From the NCBI RefSeq assembly GCF_006345805.1, contig NC_043013.1, forward strand, positions 16,988,001-17,052,000: a stretch of DNA of 64,000 bases, written 5' to 3'. The stretch is from Octopus sinensis (Eukaryota). Every line of letters begins with the position of its first letter. The first letter of the stretch is position 1. Shown here in pieces: positions 40,016-52,399 of this stretch. The translations under genes and the position numbers were made by a program. The notes beneath the pieces are model-generated. The model worked only from the letters and a program-made list of their open reading frames with translations. It searched no databases and was not told the DNA's origin.

Positions 40016-40619
40016 ATTTTTTTTTTAATCTTTTACTTGTTTCAGTCATTAGACTGTGGTCATGCTGGGGCACCACCTTCAAGAAATCTTTTTTAGGTGA
40101 ATGAATAGACCCCAGTACTTATTTTTTGTTAAGTCTGGTAATTATTCTATCAGTCTCGTTAGCCAAACTGCTAAGTTATGCAGTCATAAACACACCAAAA
40201 CTGGTTGTCAAGCAGCAGTTGGGGACAAACGAAAGTGCACATGCTCACACACACACAGTATGTACTGACACAACATTATGTTTATAAATGCTCACTTATT
40301 ACCCATTGCTAAAGAGGTTAATAAAACTGGAACATGTTCATCGCTGTTGCCAGCTGACTTCAAAGACCAGATTGACCCCTATCTGCACCATGCTTATTTT
40401 TCAAAGACTTTACTTTTAGCTATTCTCATTGATGTTACTTTTTTTTTTCAATAAGCACCTTCAGAGGAAGTTTTTGTTTACTAATTGCATGGATAACTTC
40501 AGCTAATTGGAAGTTTTTTTTCCAACTCAATTACATACATGTTTATTGAGTATATAGGATGCTGTGCTGGGGACACTAACCCCTCAGCCCTATTATTATG
40601 TATATATTTATGAGTATAA

Positions 40620-40918
40620 AAGACCCCCTTCGGTCATGAATGACCATGGGATTGCACCTAGAAAGTTACCCTTCTAGACACAAGTCCGGGCACGGTTGTT
40701 TATGGAAGACTAGCAGTCGCCCATGCATACCAGCCTCCCCTCTCCACGCCACCAGTGTTATCCAAGGGAAAGACAAAGGTCGATACAGCTTGGCACCAGT
40801 GACGTCGCAACTCATTTCTACAGCTGAGTGAACTGGAGCAACGTGAAATAAAGTGCCTTGCTCAAGAACACAACACCCAGCCCGATCCGGGATTCGAGCT
40901 CACAACCTCACGATCGTG
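40620..40918 (-). mobile_element. tRNA-derived SINE family C
   Basis: Minus strand has gtgagctcgaatccc (B-box-like) followed by ttgtgttcttgagcaaggcactt, a CORE/V-type central motif. Confidence 0.6.
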
Positions 40919-40952
40919 TATACATGTGAGTTTATGTAAGTGTTCAAGCAGG

Positions 40953-41258
40953 TGTGTGTGTGTGTGTGTGTGTATGTGTGTATGGGCATGCCTTCTTGAT
41001 CTCTTTTGTTTCTTTTAAACATATTTCGGAAAGGAATATTATTGACAATTCCAAAACCAATTAGCACATTCTCACTGCAAAATACACATATGGTCTGTGT
41101 GTGTGTGTGTGTGTGTATGTGTGTATGGGCATGCCTTCTTGATCTCTTTTGTTTCTTTTAAACATATTTCGGAAAGGAATATTATTGACAATTCCAAAAC
41201 CAATTAGCACATTCTCACTGCAAAATACACATATGGTCTGTGTGTGTGTGTGTGTGTG
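40953..41258. repeat. 143-bp direct tandem duplication between (GT)n tracts
   Basis: tatgggcatgcc occurs at 40981 and 41124 with identical unique sequence. Confidence 0.93.
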
Positions 41259-41419
41259 CTTGTGGCGAAAGGTGCCAGGTGTAACACTGTGGAATCTGAC
41301 AGGAGTCTGAACAACTTGTATAGTATTTATTGATTCACTCTCTCTCTATATATATATATATTGCTTGGTGTGTGTGTGTGTGAGTAGATACATGTATGCT
41401 ATGAAAATATAGATATAAA

Positions 41420-42065
41420 TGAAAATACAACAAGAAAATTCTAAAGGAGAGAGAGAGGGAGAGGAGAAAGGGAGAGAGTGATGAAAGGGTGTGGCGAAAG
41501 AGAGTGATAAATAGAGAGGGAAGTAATAAAAGAATGAGAAAGAAAAGGATAAAAGGGGGTTGGGTTGGGTGGGGGTGGAGGAAAGGGAGAGGAAGAAAGC
41601 AAATTAAGAGAGAGTGGCAAAGAAAGAGAGAAATGAGAAAAATATGAAAATTTAAAAACAAGGAAAAAAATAAAAAAATATATGATATAACATATAGATA
41701 CAAATGCAGGTATAAAAAGAAGAAAATGAGAGGGAGAGAGGTAGATGGGGTGGGGAGGGAGGAAGGGGAGGGAGAGGGAAAGAGAGGGGGAAGAAATGAG
41801 GAGAGGGGAAGGGGGAGGGGAAGGGGAATAGAGGGGGAAGGAAGGAAGGAGAGGGGGAGGGGAAGAGAGCGGAGTAGGAAAGAGGGAAAGGGAATGAGGG
41901 AAAGAGAGAGGGGAATGGAAGGAGGGAAAGGGAGAGGGGAATGGAAGGAGGGAAAGGGAGAGGGGAATGGAAGGAGGGAAAGGGAGAGAGAGAGAGAGAG
42001 AGACAAAGAGACATGCAAAGAAAATGAGAGAGATAAAGAGAGACTGACAAAGTGAAAGAGAGAGA
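41420..42065 (+). repeat. Long polypurine (GA-rich) low-complexity tract
   Basis: Strongly G/A-biased, with repeated gagaggggaatggaaggagggaaagg. Confidence 0.85.
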
Positions 42066-42559
42066 TAAAAGATTTTTAAAAAAACACAGGTAAACAGACG
42101 AAAATCCTTTTTTCTAGCATTTGCAGTGATGATTGAAATCTAAGAAGTCTGCTCTAATTTCTTAAGAGAGAATGGTAATGATAGAATTGGAGGGAGTTGG
42201 TGTTGTTGTCTATTTATATAATTTCTTATTAACATTTATGAAGAGAGGAGGTAGAAAATAGCAACAACAACAGCAGCAACCAAAATAACATTAAGAAAAA
42301 CAGTAACATAAATAATGATTTCTGATTTAGGCTCCAGGCCAGAATATTTTAAGGAGAGGTGGGGGTAGTCTAGTACTTAATAGTACTTATTTTATTGACC
42401 TACACACACACCACACACACACACACTTCTCCAAGAAATAAAAGGTAGAGCTGGTGCCAGTAGGCTTTGAACTCAGAATCTACAGTTGAAACTAGATACC
42501 TCAAGATATTTTTAACCAAAACTCTAAAGATTCTCAAAATCCATCACCACTATGAGAAC

Positions 42560-42920
42560 ATCATCATCATCATTTAACGTCCATTTCCCATGCTGGCATG
42601 GGTTGGATGGTTTGCCTAAAAACTGGTAAGCTGCACCAGGTTCCAATCTGATTTGGCATGGTTTCTAGGGCTGGATGCCCTTCCTAATGTCAACCACTCA
42701 AAGAGTGTAGTGGGTGCTTTTTACATGCCACCGGCATGGGTGCCAGTTACGTAGCACCAGCATTGGCTACAGCTATGATCTCACTTGGCTTGACAGGTCT
42801 TCTCAAGCACAGTATACCGCCAAAGGTCTCAGCCACTGTCACTGCCTCTGTGAGGGCCAACATTCAGAGGGTGCCAGTTATGTGGCACTGGCACTGGCCA
42901 CAACAACAATTTCACTGATA
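42560..42920 (-). mobile_element. RTE 3'UTR copy
   Basis: (cat)n ttaacgtccatttcccatgctggcatgggttgg..ctggatgcccttcc. Confidence 0.82.
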
Positions 42921-43182
42921 TAACAACAATAACAATATTTATATTGATTTCAAATTTTGGCACAAGGCCAGCAATTTGGGGAGAAAGGATAAGTCAATTA
43001 TATTGACCCCAGTGTTCAACTGGTACTTATTTTATTAACCCCAAAAGGATGAAAGGCAAAGTCAACCCTTGCAGAATTTGAACTCAGAACGGAAAGACTG
43101 ATGAAATGCTGCTAAGCATCATGCCCAGCATGCTAACAATTCTACCAGTTTGCTGTCCTAATAAAAATATTAACAACAACAT

Positions 43183-43478
43183 AAACCACTATGCCATATG
43201 CCCATGGGTATATGGCGTAGTGGTTAAGAGCACGGGCTACTAACCCCAAGATTCCGAGTTCGATTCCAGGCAGTGACCTGAATAATAATAATAATAACAA
43301 CAACATCGAAAAATACCTTAGGAATGAGAACCCAGGTTCGAAATTTCCCCAAGACACCTGATGAAGGCTGGAGGGTATATTAGCCGAAACGTTGTATAAA
43401 CAACAAACAAGATGAGGACAAATATCCGTCAAATGTAAATAATGTACATAATTCCTCATCTCTAAAATTTTCGAACTG
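43183..43478 (+). mobile_element. Full tRNA-headed hammerhead SINE with a short 5' inversion
   Basis: aaccactatgccatatgccc|atgggtatatggcgtagtggtt; A-box TGGCGTAGTGG, B-box GAGTTCGATTCC, (AAT)n linker, HHR at 43353-43398, 3' tail. Confidence 0.88.
43353..43398 (+). ncRNA. Minimal type-I hammerhead ribozyme (stem I weakened)
   Basis: GACAC-CTGATGA-A-GGCTG..TAGCC-GAAACGTT-GTATA. Confidence 0.7.
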
Positions 43479-44401
43479 TAACATAAACTAAAATTAACAA
43501 CAACAACAATAATAATCCTTACTAGGTACAAGGCCTGAAACTTGGTGAGAAAGGGTTAGTTGATTACATCAACTGCAGTATTCAACTGGTTCTTATTTTG
43601 TCAATCCTAAAAAGATGAAAGGCTAAGTCAACCTTGGCAGAATTTGAAATCAGAATGAAAACTGGAAGAAATGTAATTAAGCATTTTGTCCGATATGCTT
43701 ATGATTCTGCCAGCTCACCACCAGTATAATAATGATATTAAGTCTTTCCACTATAGGCACAGCTCTGAAATATAGTGGGGGAAGAGGGCAAGTTGATTTA
43801 CATTGATCCCAGTATTTAACTGGTACTTATTTTAAGGATCCTAAAAAAATGAAAGGCAGAATTGACCATGGCAAAATTTGAACTCAGAACATAAAGAGCT
43901 GGAAGAAATGCCACTCAGCATTTTGTCAGACACGCTAGCAATTCTGCCAATGATAGTAATGACAATGATGATTATGGTAAGGTGGTAGTGATAATGGTGA
44001 CGATGGTAGAGGTGGTGCTGATGATGGGGATGATGACGAAGATGGTAATAATGAGATAGCGGTGGTGGTAGCGACAGCAACATCGATGATGATGATGATG
44101 ATGATGATGCAAACACACACACACACACAAATGAAATAAAACAAACAAAAATAAGAGTGAATAAAGATAATGAGATCTCTTTTCAAATTTATTTTTAAGT
44201 CATGAAGAAATACGAGCTCGGAAAATATCTGTTGCTGCGTATTATATTATATCAAGTGTTTCAGATTGAGCAGGTGGGTGGAAATGAAATAGAGTGGGGG
44301 CAGTGGGGAAGATTGATTTAGGTTTCTTAAAAAATATATATATTGAAAGCAAAAAAAAGGACCACAAATTTATTATGAAATCCTTATAATCTGTGATACA
44401 A

Positions 44402-44868
44402 AATGGTGCGAGATATGTTGAGGGCTTTTATATGAAGTAGAGTGGTAACTCTTGCCTAAGGTTTAATACTTTAATATTCATAATACTAACAGTGTTAGTG
44501 ATATCATTGCATTTATATAAAATAGAGTGATGTGTCTTGTCTTAGGCTTAATACTTTAGTAAACTTAATACTAATGGTGTTAGATATGTTGTTGTATATA
44601 TGTAGAGTGGTGTGTCTTGTCTAAGGTTTAACACTGTGGAAACATTGTGTTAGATATATCAATGCTTTTGTATAAAGTAGAGTAGTGTGCCTTGTCTAAA
44701 GTTAAACACTAGTAAACAACACTGTTGATATATTCATGTGGAGTGGAGTATCTTGTCAAAGGTTTAAAACTTTAGTATTTTTAATGTTTGTATATCAAAT
44801 GGTGTGTCTTGAACACATTAGTAAACATTAATAATAATGAGGTTAGATATGTTGGTGTCTTTATATAT
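44402..44868. repeat. Old diverged tandem repeat (~6 units of 60-85 bp)
   Basis: tagagtggtgtgtcttgtctaaggtttaa.act..gtgttagatat recurs. Confidence 0.75.
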
Positions 44869-46563
44869 GGCACAAGGCCAACAGTTTCAGAGGAAGGAGT
44901 TAGTTGTATCAACTTGGTTGGTACTTTATTTCATTGACTCCAAAACAATGAAAGGCAAAGTTGACCTTGGCAGAATTTGAACACAATACATAAAGAGCTG
45001 GAAGAAACCCTGCTAAGCATTTTGTCTGATGCAGTAATGATTCTGCCAGATTGCTATGATGAAATTTTTTTTTTTATTGGCCACAAGAGCTGAACACAAA
45101 ATACATAGGAACAATGCAACAGAAAGGACAAGTGGGATTTAGTACAAAGTCATGTAAAAAAAATAACAGTAAAATTCCTAAAAGGGGCAACCAAAGAACC
45201 CCACACATCCTGGTTACCCCTCAGCTGGTGCCTCTCCGTCACAACTCCACCGGTTTACAAGTGAATGTCCAGAGTAGGCCCATTCACATGAACCATAATA
45301 ACAATAAGCTGAGTGTTTTCGTCAAATAATAAAATTATTATAATAGTTTCTACCATGGACACAAAGCCTGAAATTTTGAGGGAGGGGGCTGCTTGATTAC
45401 ATTACCCCAGTACTCAGTTGGTACTTTATTTCACTGACCCTGAAAGGATGAAAGGCAAAATCGATTTCTGTGAAACCTGAACTCAGAACAAAAAGCTGCT
45501 GAGTATTTTGTCCAGTGTGCCAACAGATCTGCCAGTTCACCATCTTTTAATAATGGTTGCAAATTTCAGCAAAAGGCAACCAATTTTGAGGGGAGGGGGA
45601 CAGGTCAATTATATCAACCCCCACCCCTGAAAGGATGAAAAACAAAATAGGCCTCAGCAGAATTTGAACTCAGAATGTAAAGATTCAGAACAATGACCTC
45701 TGGTTTAGGTGCAATGACACAGTTTTAAGGCGAAGGAGAGTAGCCTTTACATTACTTTATATCCTTTTGGGATCAATAAAAGTACCAGTCAAGTACTGGG
45801 GTTGATGATATTGACTGACTCCTCTCCCTTCAATTTGCTGGCATTCTGCCAAAAATCAGAAACCATTAGTTCTTCATATTCTGAGTTCAAATCCTGCTGA
45901 AGTCAACTTAGATTTTCATCATTTCAGGGTCTATAAAATAAGTTCCGGTCAAGTACTAGGTCACTGTAATCTATTTGTCCCCTTCTCTCAAAACTACTGG
46001 CCTTAGCCTAAATCAGAAATCATTATTATTATTGCTATTATTATTATTATTATATGATGATAATCGCTTCTCTTCTCTTTTCAGTACGAAGTTAGGAGAA
46101 ACAGAAAAAGTAATTGTTTATGAAAATAATTTCCTGTAAATTATGTATGTGAAAAACATTTTCTAGGAAAAGAAAAAAAATATCTGATTTGTAAATAAAT
46201 TAATAAAGAGCATCAGAGAGAAGGAGGGAGGAGAAGAAAGAGAAACAGATAGAGGGAGACAGATGAAGAGGGAGAAGGAAGCAAAAAGCCAAAATAAACA
46301 AAAAAAAGGGGGGGCATTCATCCGATTTCTTCGTTCTTGCTGAAGTGACTGGTTTGTTATTTTGGAAAACTGCCAAGAAGTGAGTCAAAAAAATGGGAGC
46401 AGCATTGAAATAGCGTAAAGTTCAGTCATATGTGTGTCTACACTTTATTGAAATTGCTAAGTTTCAGTCACTGACCAAGTCATACATACATACACGCACA
46501 CACACACATGCATATATACATAAATATATACATATATATATATACATATACATATATATATAT

Positions 46564-46607
<44 letters not shown>

Positions 46608-46609
46608 TA

Positions 46610-47800
46610 TATCAGATCATTAAGAAATGTCTGATTTTAAACTGAAAGTTTATTTTACTTTATCTCAACAAAAAGCAATGCACCTAAATTATCAACACAA
46701 TTTTGCCATTTTATTGGTAGCTTATTTATGCCGGCAGCAAAGAATTCTGGGGAGCAAGAGATGATGAAATCATAAGAGGCTGTTTTCGCATCTTCTTCAG
46801 ATATGTTTTTTTCTTGCAAAAAGTTGTCTGATGCCTGGAAAATGTGATAGTCAGTTGGTGCAAGGTCTGGTGAATATGGTGGATGACAGAGTACTTCCAA
46901 GTTCAGTTCCTGTAACTAGAGTAATGTTCTTTGTGCAACATGTGGTCGAGCATTGTCTTGCAAGAGAATTGGTGTGTCTATTGACCAATCTCGGTTGTTT
47001 GATTGCAAGATCATTCATCATTTCACCCAATTGGTTAATGCATACATCTGCTGTAGTGGACTCATCAGATCTCATGAAACTGTAGTGGATGACACCATTG
47101 CTGGATCACCAAACAGACATCATTAGCTTTTGTTGGTGAATATTCTTTTTTGAATTGTGTTTTGGTACTTCATCTTTATCCAATCACCATGCAGAATGCT
47201 TGCTATTGCTGAAAAGAATCCATTTTCCATAACATGTAACAATACAATGCAAAAATGGTTCGCTTTTATGCCATGACAGCAAAGAACAGCAAGTTTCAAG
47301 ACAATGTGTTATTTGATGCTTGTTCAGTTCTTGTAGTACCCACTTGTCCAACTTCTTTACCTTGCCGATCTGAAACAGATGGTCCAATACAGTTGGAATT
47401 GAAACATCAAACCTTGCTGCTAACTCACACATAGGTTGAGATGTATCTGCTTCCACTACTGTTTCCATCTCATCATTATCCACCTTGGACTGATTATCAA
47501 GAGTAAAGTCACCAGACTGGAATTTCTCAAACCATTGACGTATAGTGTGCTCATTAACCACATCTTCATGAAACACCTCATTGATGTTTTGAGCTGTCTG
47601 GGATGCATTGGTTCCACAACAGAACTCATATTCATAAACAACATGAATTTTTGATCTATCCATGGGTTCACAAAAACTGATTTACAACAGAAAACTCTTG
47701 AATTGCATTTCGAAAAGTGATGATGTAATTCTTGAAGGATTCGAGTTAATGACTGTCAAATTTGGTGCACAAGAAAATCGGACATTTCTTTCTTAATGAT
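46610..47800 (-). mobile_element. Near full-length decayed mariner (~1.2 kb) with transposase pseudogene at 46655-47663
   Basis: MDRSKIHVVYEYEF..QWFEKFQSGDF..KWVLQELN..IVTCYGKWI..HPPYSPDLAPTDYHIF. Imperfect TIRs tcattaagaaatgtc.gatttt at both ends. Confidence 0.93.
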
Positions 47801-47804
47801 ATAT

Positions 47805-47985
47805 GTGTGCATGTGTGTGTGCGCATGAACGTGTGTGTGCATGCACAAACATGTGTGTGTGTGCATGCACGAACGTGTGTGTGCATGCATGCACGAACGT
47901 GTGTGCATGCACAAACGTATATGTGCATGCACGAATGTGTGTGTGCATGCACGAACGTGTGTGTGCACATGCATGCATGCACAAT
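47805..47985. repeat. Short tandem array of (gt)n-gcatgcacgaac units
   Basis: gtgtgcatgcacgaac is repeated. Confidence 0.8.
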
Positions 47986-48255
47986 AGTTGGAAATGAGAA
48001 TCGTCCTCATACAAGTGAGGTCACTCATTTCCAACGAGCTGTGAAGAACATGTCCAGCTATGGTGAAATATTACCTTACTTAGAGAAACAAGAGAAGAGT
48101 TGGTAATAGGAAGAGATCTAGCCCTAGAAAATTTGCCTCAATAAATTCCAGGTGACCCGTGCATGGAAAAGTGGACATTAAATCGGGTTAATGATGATTA
48201 TTTATGTGTGTAAATATATATACACACACACACATACACACACACAATTGAATTG

Positions 48256-48630
48256 TGGAAGGTGTTTATAAGCCATTTAAGAAACACAAAAACCATTAGA
48301 TTCACTTCAACATTTAAATTCAATTTGTCAAAATATTTTCATCCCTTTGAGACCGCGACCTGTTCACTGACAAAATTCCATGCTGCACAGAATTTTGTCA
48401 GTGAACAGGTCGTGGTCTCAAACCAACGAAAATATTTTGACAAATTAAATTTAAATATTGAAGTGAATCTAACGGTTTCTGTGTATTTTTTAAATGGCTT
48501 ATAAACACCTTCCATGCTGCAATTGCTTTTGTTTCAGCACATGACTCAGATCAGGTCACTTACTATGCAAGTACATCTCCGTAATTTCCGATTCGTCGTT
48601 TTGTTCCACCTCTTGGTTCCTGTTATTTTT
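48256..48630. mobile_element. Asymmetric hairpin element (IR 48256-48514) carrying a G3-C8 variant hammerhead in each arm
   Basis: Arms of about 125 bp. Plus arm reads TTTGTCA-GTGAACA-G-GTCG..CAAC-GAA-AATATT-T-TGACAAA (48394-48444). Confidence 0.8.
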
Positions 48631-48959
48631 ATATTATTATTATTATATATATATATATTTACACACATAAACATTAAGTTCAGTTCTACTATGCAGCTCT
48701 TTGAGGAAATCCAACCACTATAGCTCTAGGTCAATTTATTTATTTTCAGATTTCAAATCTCAGTTGGGTCAACTTGCCTTTTATCCTTTCAAGATCAATA
48801 AAATAAGTACCAGTCAAATACTGGTGTTAATGTAACAAACTAGATCTCTCTCCCTAAAACTTTTGGCCTTATGCCAAAATTTGAAACCATTATTATTAGT
48901 CTTCCAACTTGCTGTTATAATATTAATAATTTTTCTTTTGCCTTTCATAAAATGATGTA

Positions 48960-49344
48960 TATCGCCCGGCGTTGCTCGGGTTTGTTTTGATCCTTTAGAA
49001 TTGGAATTTTTGAAAAGTAAAAATTTTGCATAATGTAGCTTGTTACTATCTTTAAGTGAACATTTTTCTGGTTGAAATACACCAAAAAATGGCGACACAG
49101 CAGTCAAAAAATCGTTAAAAAACAGGGATTTTCATAGAAAAAATAGCACCTTTTTGATGTAAATAATTTTAGGTGTTAACATAGTCCGATTTGAATTTTT
49201 TCTTCTACAGAAGGAAGAGCAAGCCTTCTTCTATCATACTCTCAATTTTGGTCAACTTGCGACACAGGGTCTCGGAGGAGATAGTGTTAGTTGAAGGCTA
49301 CCAAACCCGCCATACACAGACAACTTCAGCTTTATATATATAGA
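48960..49344 (-). mobile_element. Non-autonomous Helitron (22937 family), terminal CTAG lost
   Basis: High similarity to 22945-23330. Confidence 0.85.
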
Positions 49345-49349
49345 GCTTA

Positions 49350-49906
49350 ATATGGCAGCCAGCTGGAAGTATAGTTAATGCTGAACAAAATGCTCAGTGG
49401 AATTTCATCCATCATTCCATTCTCAGCTCAAATATCACCAAAGTCAACTTTGCCTTTCATCCATTTGGATCAATAAGATAAGTACCAGTCATGTACTGGG
49501 GGAGATCAATAAAATAAGTATCAGTCTTGTACTGGGATTGATGTAATTGACTCCTCCCCTCAAAAACTACCAACCCTGTGCCAAAATTTGAAACTGCCAT
49601 TAATATTGCAGTGAGTTGGAAGAATCATTAGTGTCAGACAAAATGCTTAATAGAATTTCTTTCGGCTGCCTTTCATCCTTTCGGGGTCAATAAAACAAGT
49701 ACCAGTTAGTCAACCAGTCGCCTCCCCTAAAACATCAGGCTTTGTGTCTATGGTAGAAAGTGTTGTTATTGTATGTATAGTGGCAAATATAGAAAATGAA
49801 ACTATATTTTTCTGTTTTATATAATTTAGTAGATCTTGGTATCATTAAACTGAAGAATTTCCTCTCTCTCTCTCTTCCCATTATTATTTCTCTCTCTATT
49901 TCACTC

Positions 49907-49983
<77 letters not shown>

Positions 49984-52330
49984 CACAGACTGGGAGAGAA
50001 ACGCACGCACATATACATACAAGATTCTGTCTTTCTCTCTCTCTCTCTCTCTCTCATATACAGTCTATCTCTTTCTTATGTACTTTTTGATTCTTTCCTC
50101 TTACCTCACTCGCACAAAAAGCATACACACCTCTCTCACTACCTATCTTTCCTCCTCTTTCTCTGGCACACACACGCATTCCCTCACATTATCTCTCCAT
50201 CTCCCACTGTTTTACTGTCTCTCTCTCTCTCTTATATACACAAAAACATTCCTCCCCCTCTCTCACTACCTCTCTCTCCTTTCCTTTCTACTCCCTCTCC
50301 TTCCCCCTCACACACCACACTCTCTATTTCTCTCCCTCTTACTATAAATAATTATAAATTAAGTGGCACTCCAATTTTTTTTCTCTTAATCTTTTATACA
50401 TCTTTTTCTTTGTTTATATTAATTTTTTTCTTTTATTTATATAATTTGTATTTATTTTGGTGTTATTTTGTTAATGACCATTTTCTAAATAGCAGACAAT
50501 ATTATCCATCCATCTTACCATTCTTCAAAGGAACTTAAAAAAAACAACAGTGAATATTAGCTAGAATGGTAAAATATGTACAACTTACACTGCAACAAAA
50601 GTATAAATATTTAATGTTAGTCTTCCTGTTGTATAAGTAGGATGCTGCCAAAATTACACTCACCATTTTATTTTTAACATTTTTCTTAACTTTCCAACAC
50701 TTTTTCACTGTATCATAATTATTAATTTCTAGCATGGCTTCAGTCTTGGCTGGGGAGAGACTCAGTACTTTCCATTAAGTCACATGACTTCAGATAGGGT
50801 GTGTGTGTGTGTTTTGCAGGATTATTAGCAGCGCCAAGTAGTGTTGATTTCTGTTTGATAACAATATTAGATGTATTTAGCACACTGAATATTATCATCA
50901 TCATTATTCTGCTGAGGTCAACTTTGCATTTTATCCTTATCAGGGTCAATAAAATACACAGTGTACCAGTTGAACACTGGGGTTGATGTAATTAATTTAA
51001 CCCCTCCCCCAAAATTTGAAACCATTATTATTATTATTATTATTATTGAGTGAGAGAGCAGTGCATGCCATCAAAGTGACAGGGGTAAAATATGTGAAGC
51101 CCAGTATACCCATCATAACTACCCATCTGATAAGGGTACACCAGGCACATGCATCATAACCATATGTGCGCGACATGGTGATCTCATATCAAGATAAACA
51201 GCACATGACCTTGCAGGTGGGGCCCAGTTAGAATTTTCTTCTGGTCGAGTAGCCCATCCCGCTCAAAAGTTCCTGAATAAGGATTGTTTAAGGATGTTGA
51301 ACAAACCACCCATGTTTCCAAAAGTGAATTATCCAAACCTCCAAGAATTCCTTTCAACTCACAGCTATGATGCCACCCCACTACTTCTGCTCATGGTCAG
51401 AGATGTACATATCGTCAGCCACTAAGGGACATGCTCAACTGGTTATGGTCAAACAACTGACAAGCAAATCTGTGGTATTGAGCGGAATATTTGCTGCAGC
51501 CAATCTTTTACACCAAGACAAAACAATGTACATGATAACACTTTCAATCAGTTAAGATCAGAAGCCATGAGAGCCACTGTCTGGTACTGCATCAGGGCAT
51601 TATAATTATTATTATTATTATTATTAAAATTATTATTAAGGCAGCAAGCTGGCAGGATCATTAGCACGTCAGACAAATTTGCATTTGTTTTGGCTCGAAT
51701 ACATTCAGAGTTCACATTCCACCAAGGCTGACTCAGCCTCTTATCCTTTCAGGATTAATAAAATTAGTACCAGTCAAGTACCGAAGTTGATATAATTAAC
51801 TACCTCCCCTAAAATAACTGGCCTTGTGCCAAAATTTGAAACATTTATTATTATTAAGGTAGTGAGCGGGCAGAATTGTTAGTATGCTGGGCAAAATGCT
51901 TATTGACATTTCATCCGTCTGTAAATTCTGAGTTCAAATTCCATCAAGGTTGACTTTACCTTTCATCCTTTCAGGGTTGATAAAGTAAGTACCAGTGAAG
52001 CACTAGGACTGATGTACCCACAGACTTTGTGCCTATAGTAGAAAGTAGTAGTAGTAAGGCAGCGAGCTGGCAAAATTGTTAGCACACCAGGCAAAATGCT
52101 TAGTGGTATTTCATCTGTTTTTACATTCTGAGTTCAAATTCCGCCAAGGTCAACTTTGCCTTTCGTCTTTTCAAGGTCAATAAAATAAGTATCAGTCAAG
52201 TACTGGAGTCCATGTGATCAACTACCCCCGCCCCAAATTTCAGGCCTTGTGCCTGTAGTAGAAAGGATTATTATTAAGTCAATGGACTGACAGACTCTAG
52301 TGCAACAGACAGAATGCCTAACAGCATTTC
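49350..52330 (+). mobile_element. Clusters of head-to-tail SINE-A copies, plus orientation
   Basis: ggcag.gagctggcag..ttctgagttcaaatt..gcctttcatcc..aagtaccagt units recur, especially at 49350-49770 and 51635-52330. Confidence 0.75.
51047..51600. repeat. ~550-bp interspersed repeat (full copy; see 4165-4665)
   Basis: Matches 4165-4665 and is flanked by (ATT)n on both sides. Confidence 0.85.
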
Positions 52331-52352
52331 TTCAAAATAATGCCCTGATGCA

Positions 52353-52399
<47 letters not shown>

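Larger units (their letters stand above)
42310..45720 (-). mobile_element. Cluster of degenerate SINE-A copies, minus orientation
   Basis: gaaaggcaaagtcaacc..cagaatttgaactcagaa recurs about eight times, separated by (AAT/AAC)n. Confidence 0.75.

Noticed and set aside
43205-43280. Functional tRNA gene
   Set aside because: The acceptor stem is poor, there is no T-run terminator, and it is always fused to the same downstream body, so it is a SINE head.
51540-51600. Faint resemblance of the 550-bp repeat end to snRNA sequence
   Set aside because: Only a few bases match, with no Sm site or matching structure.
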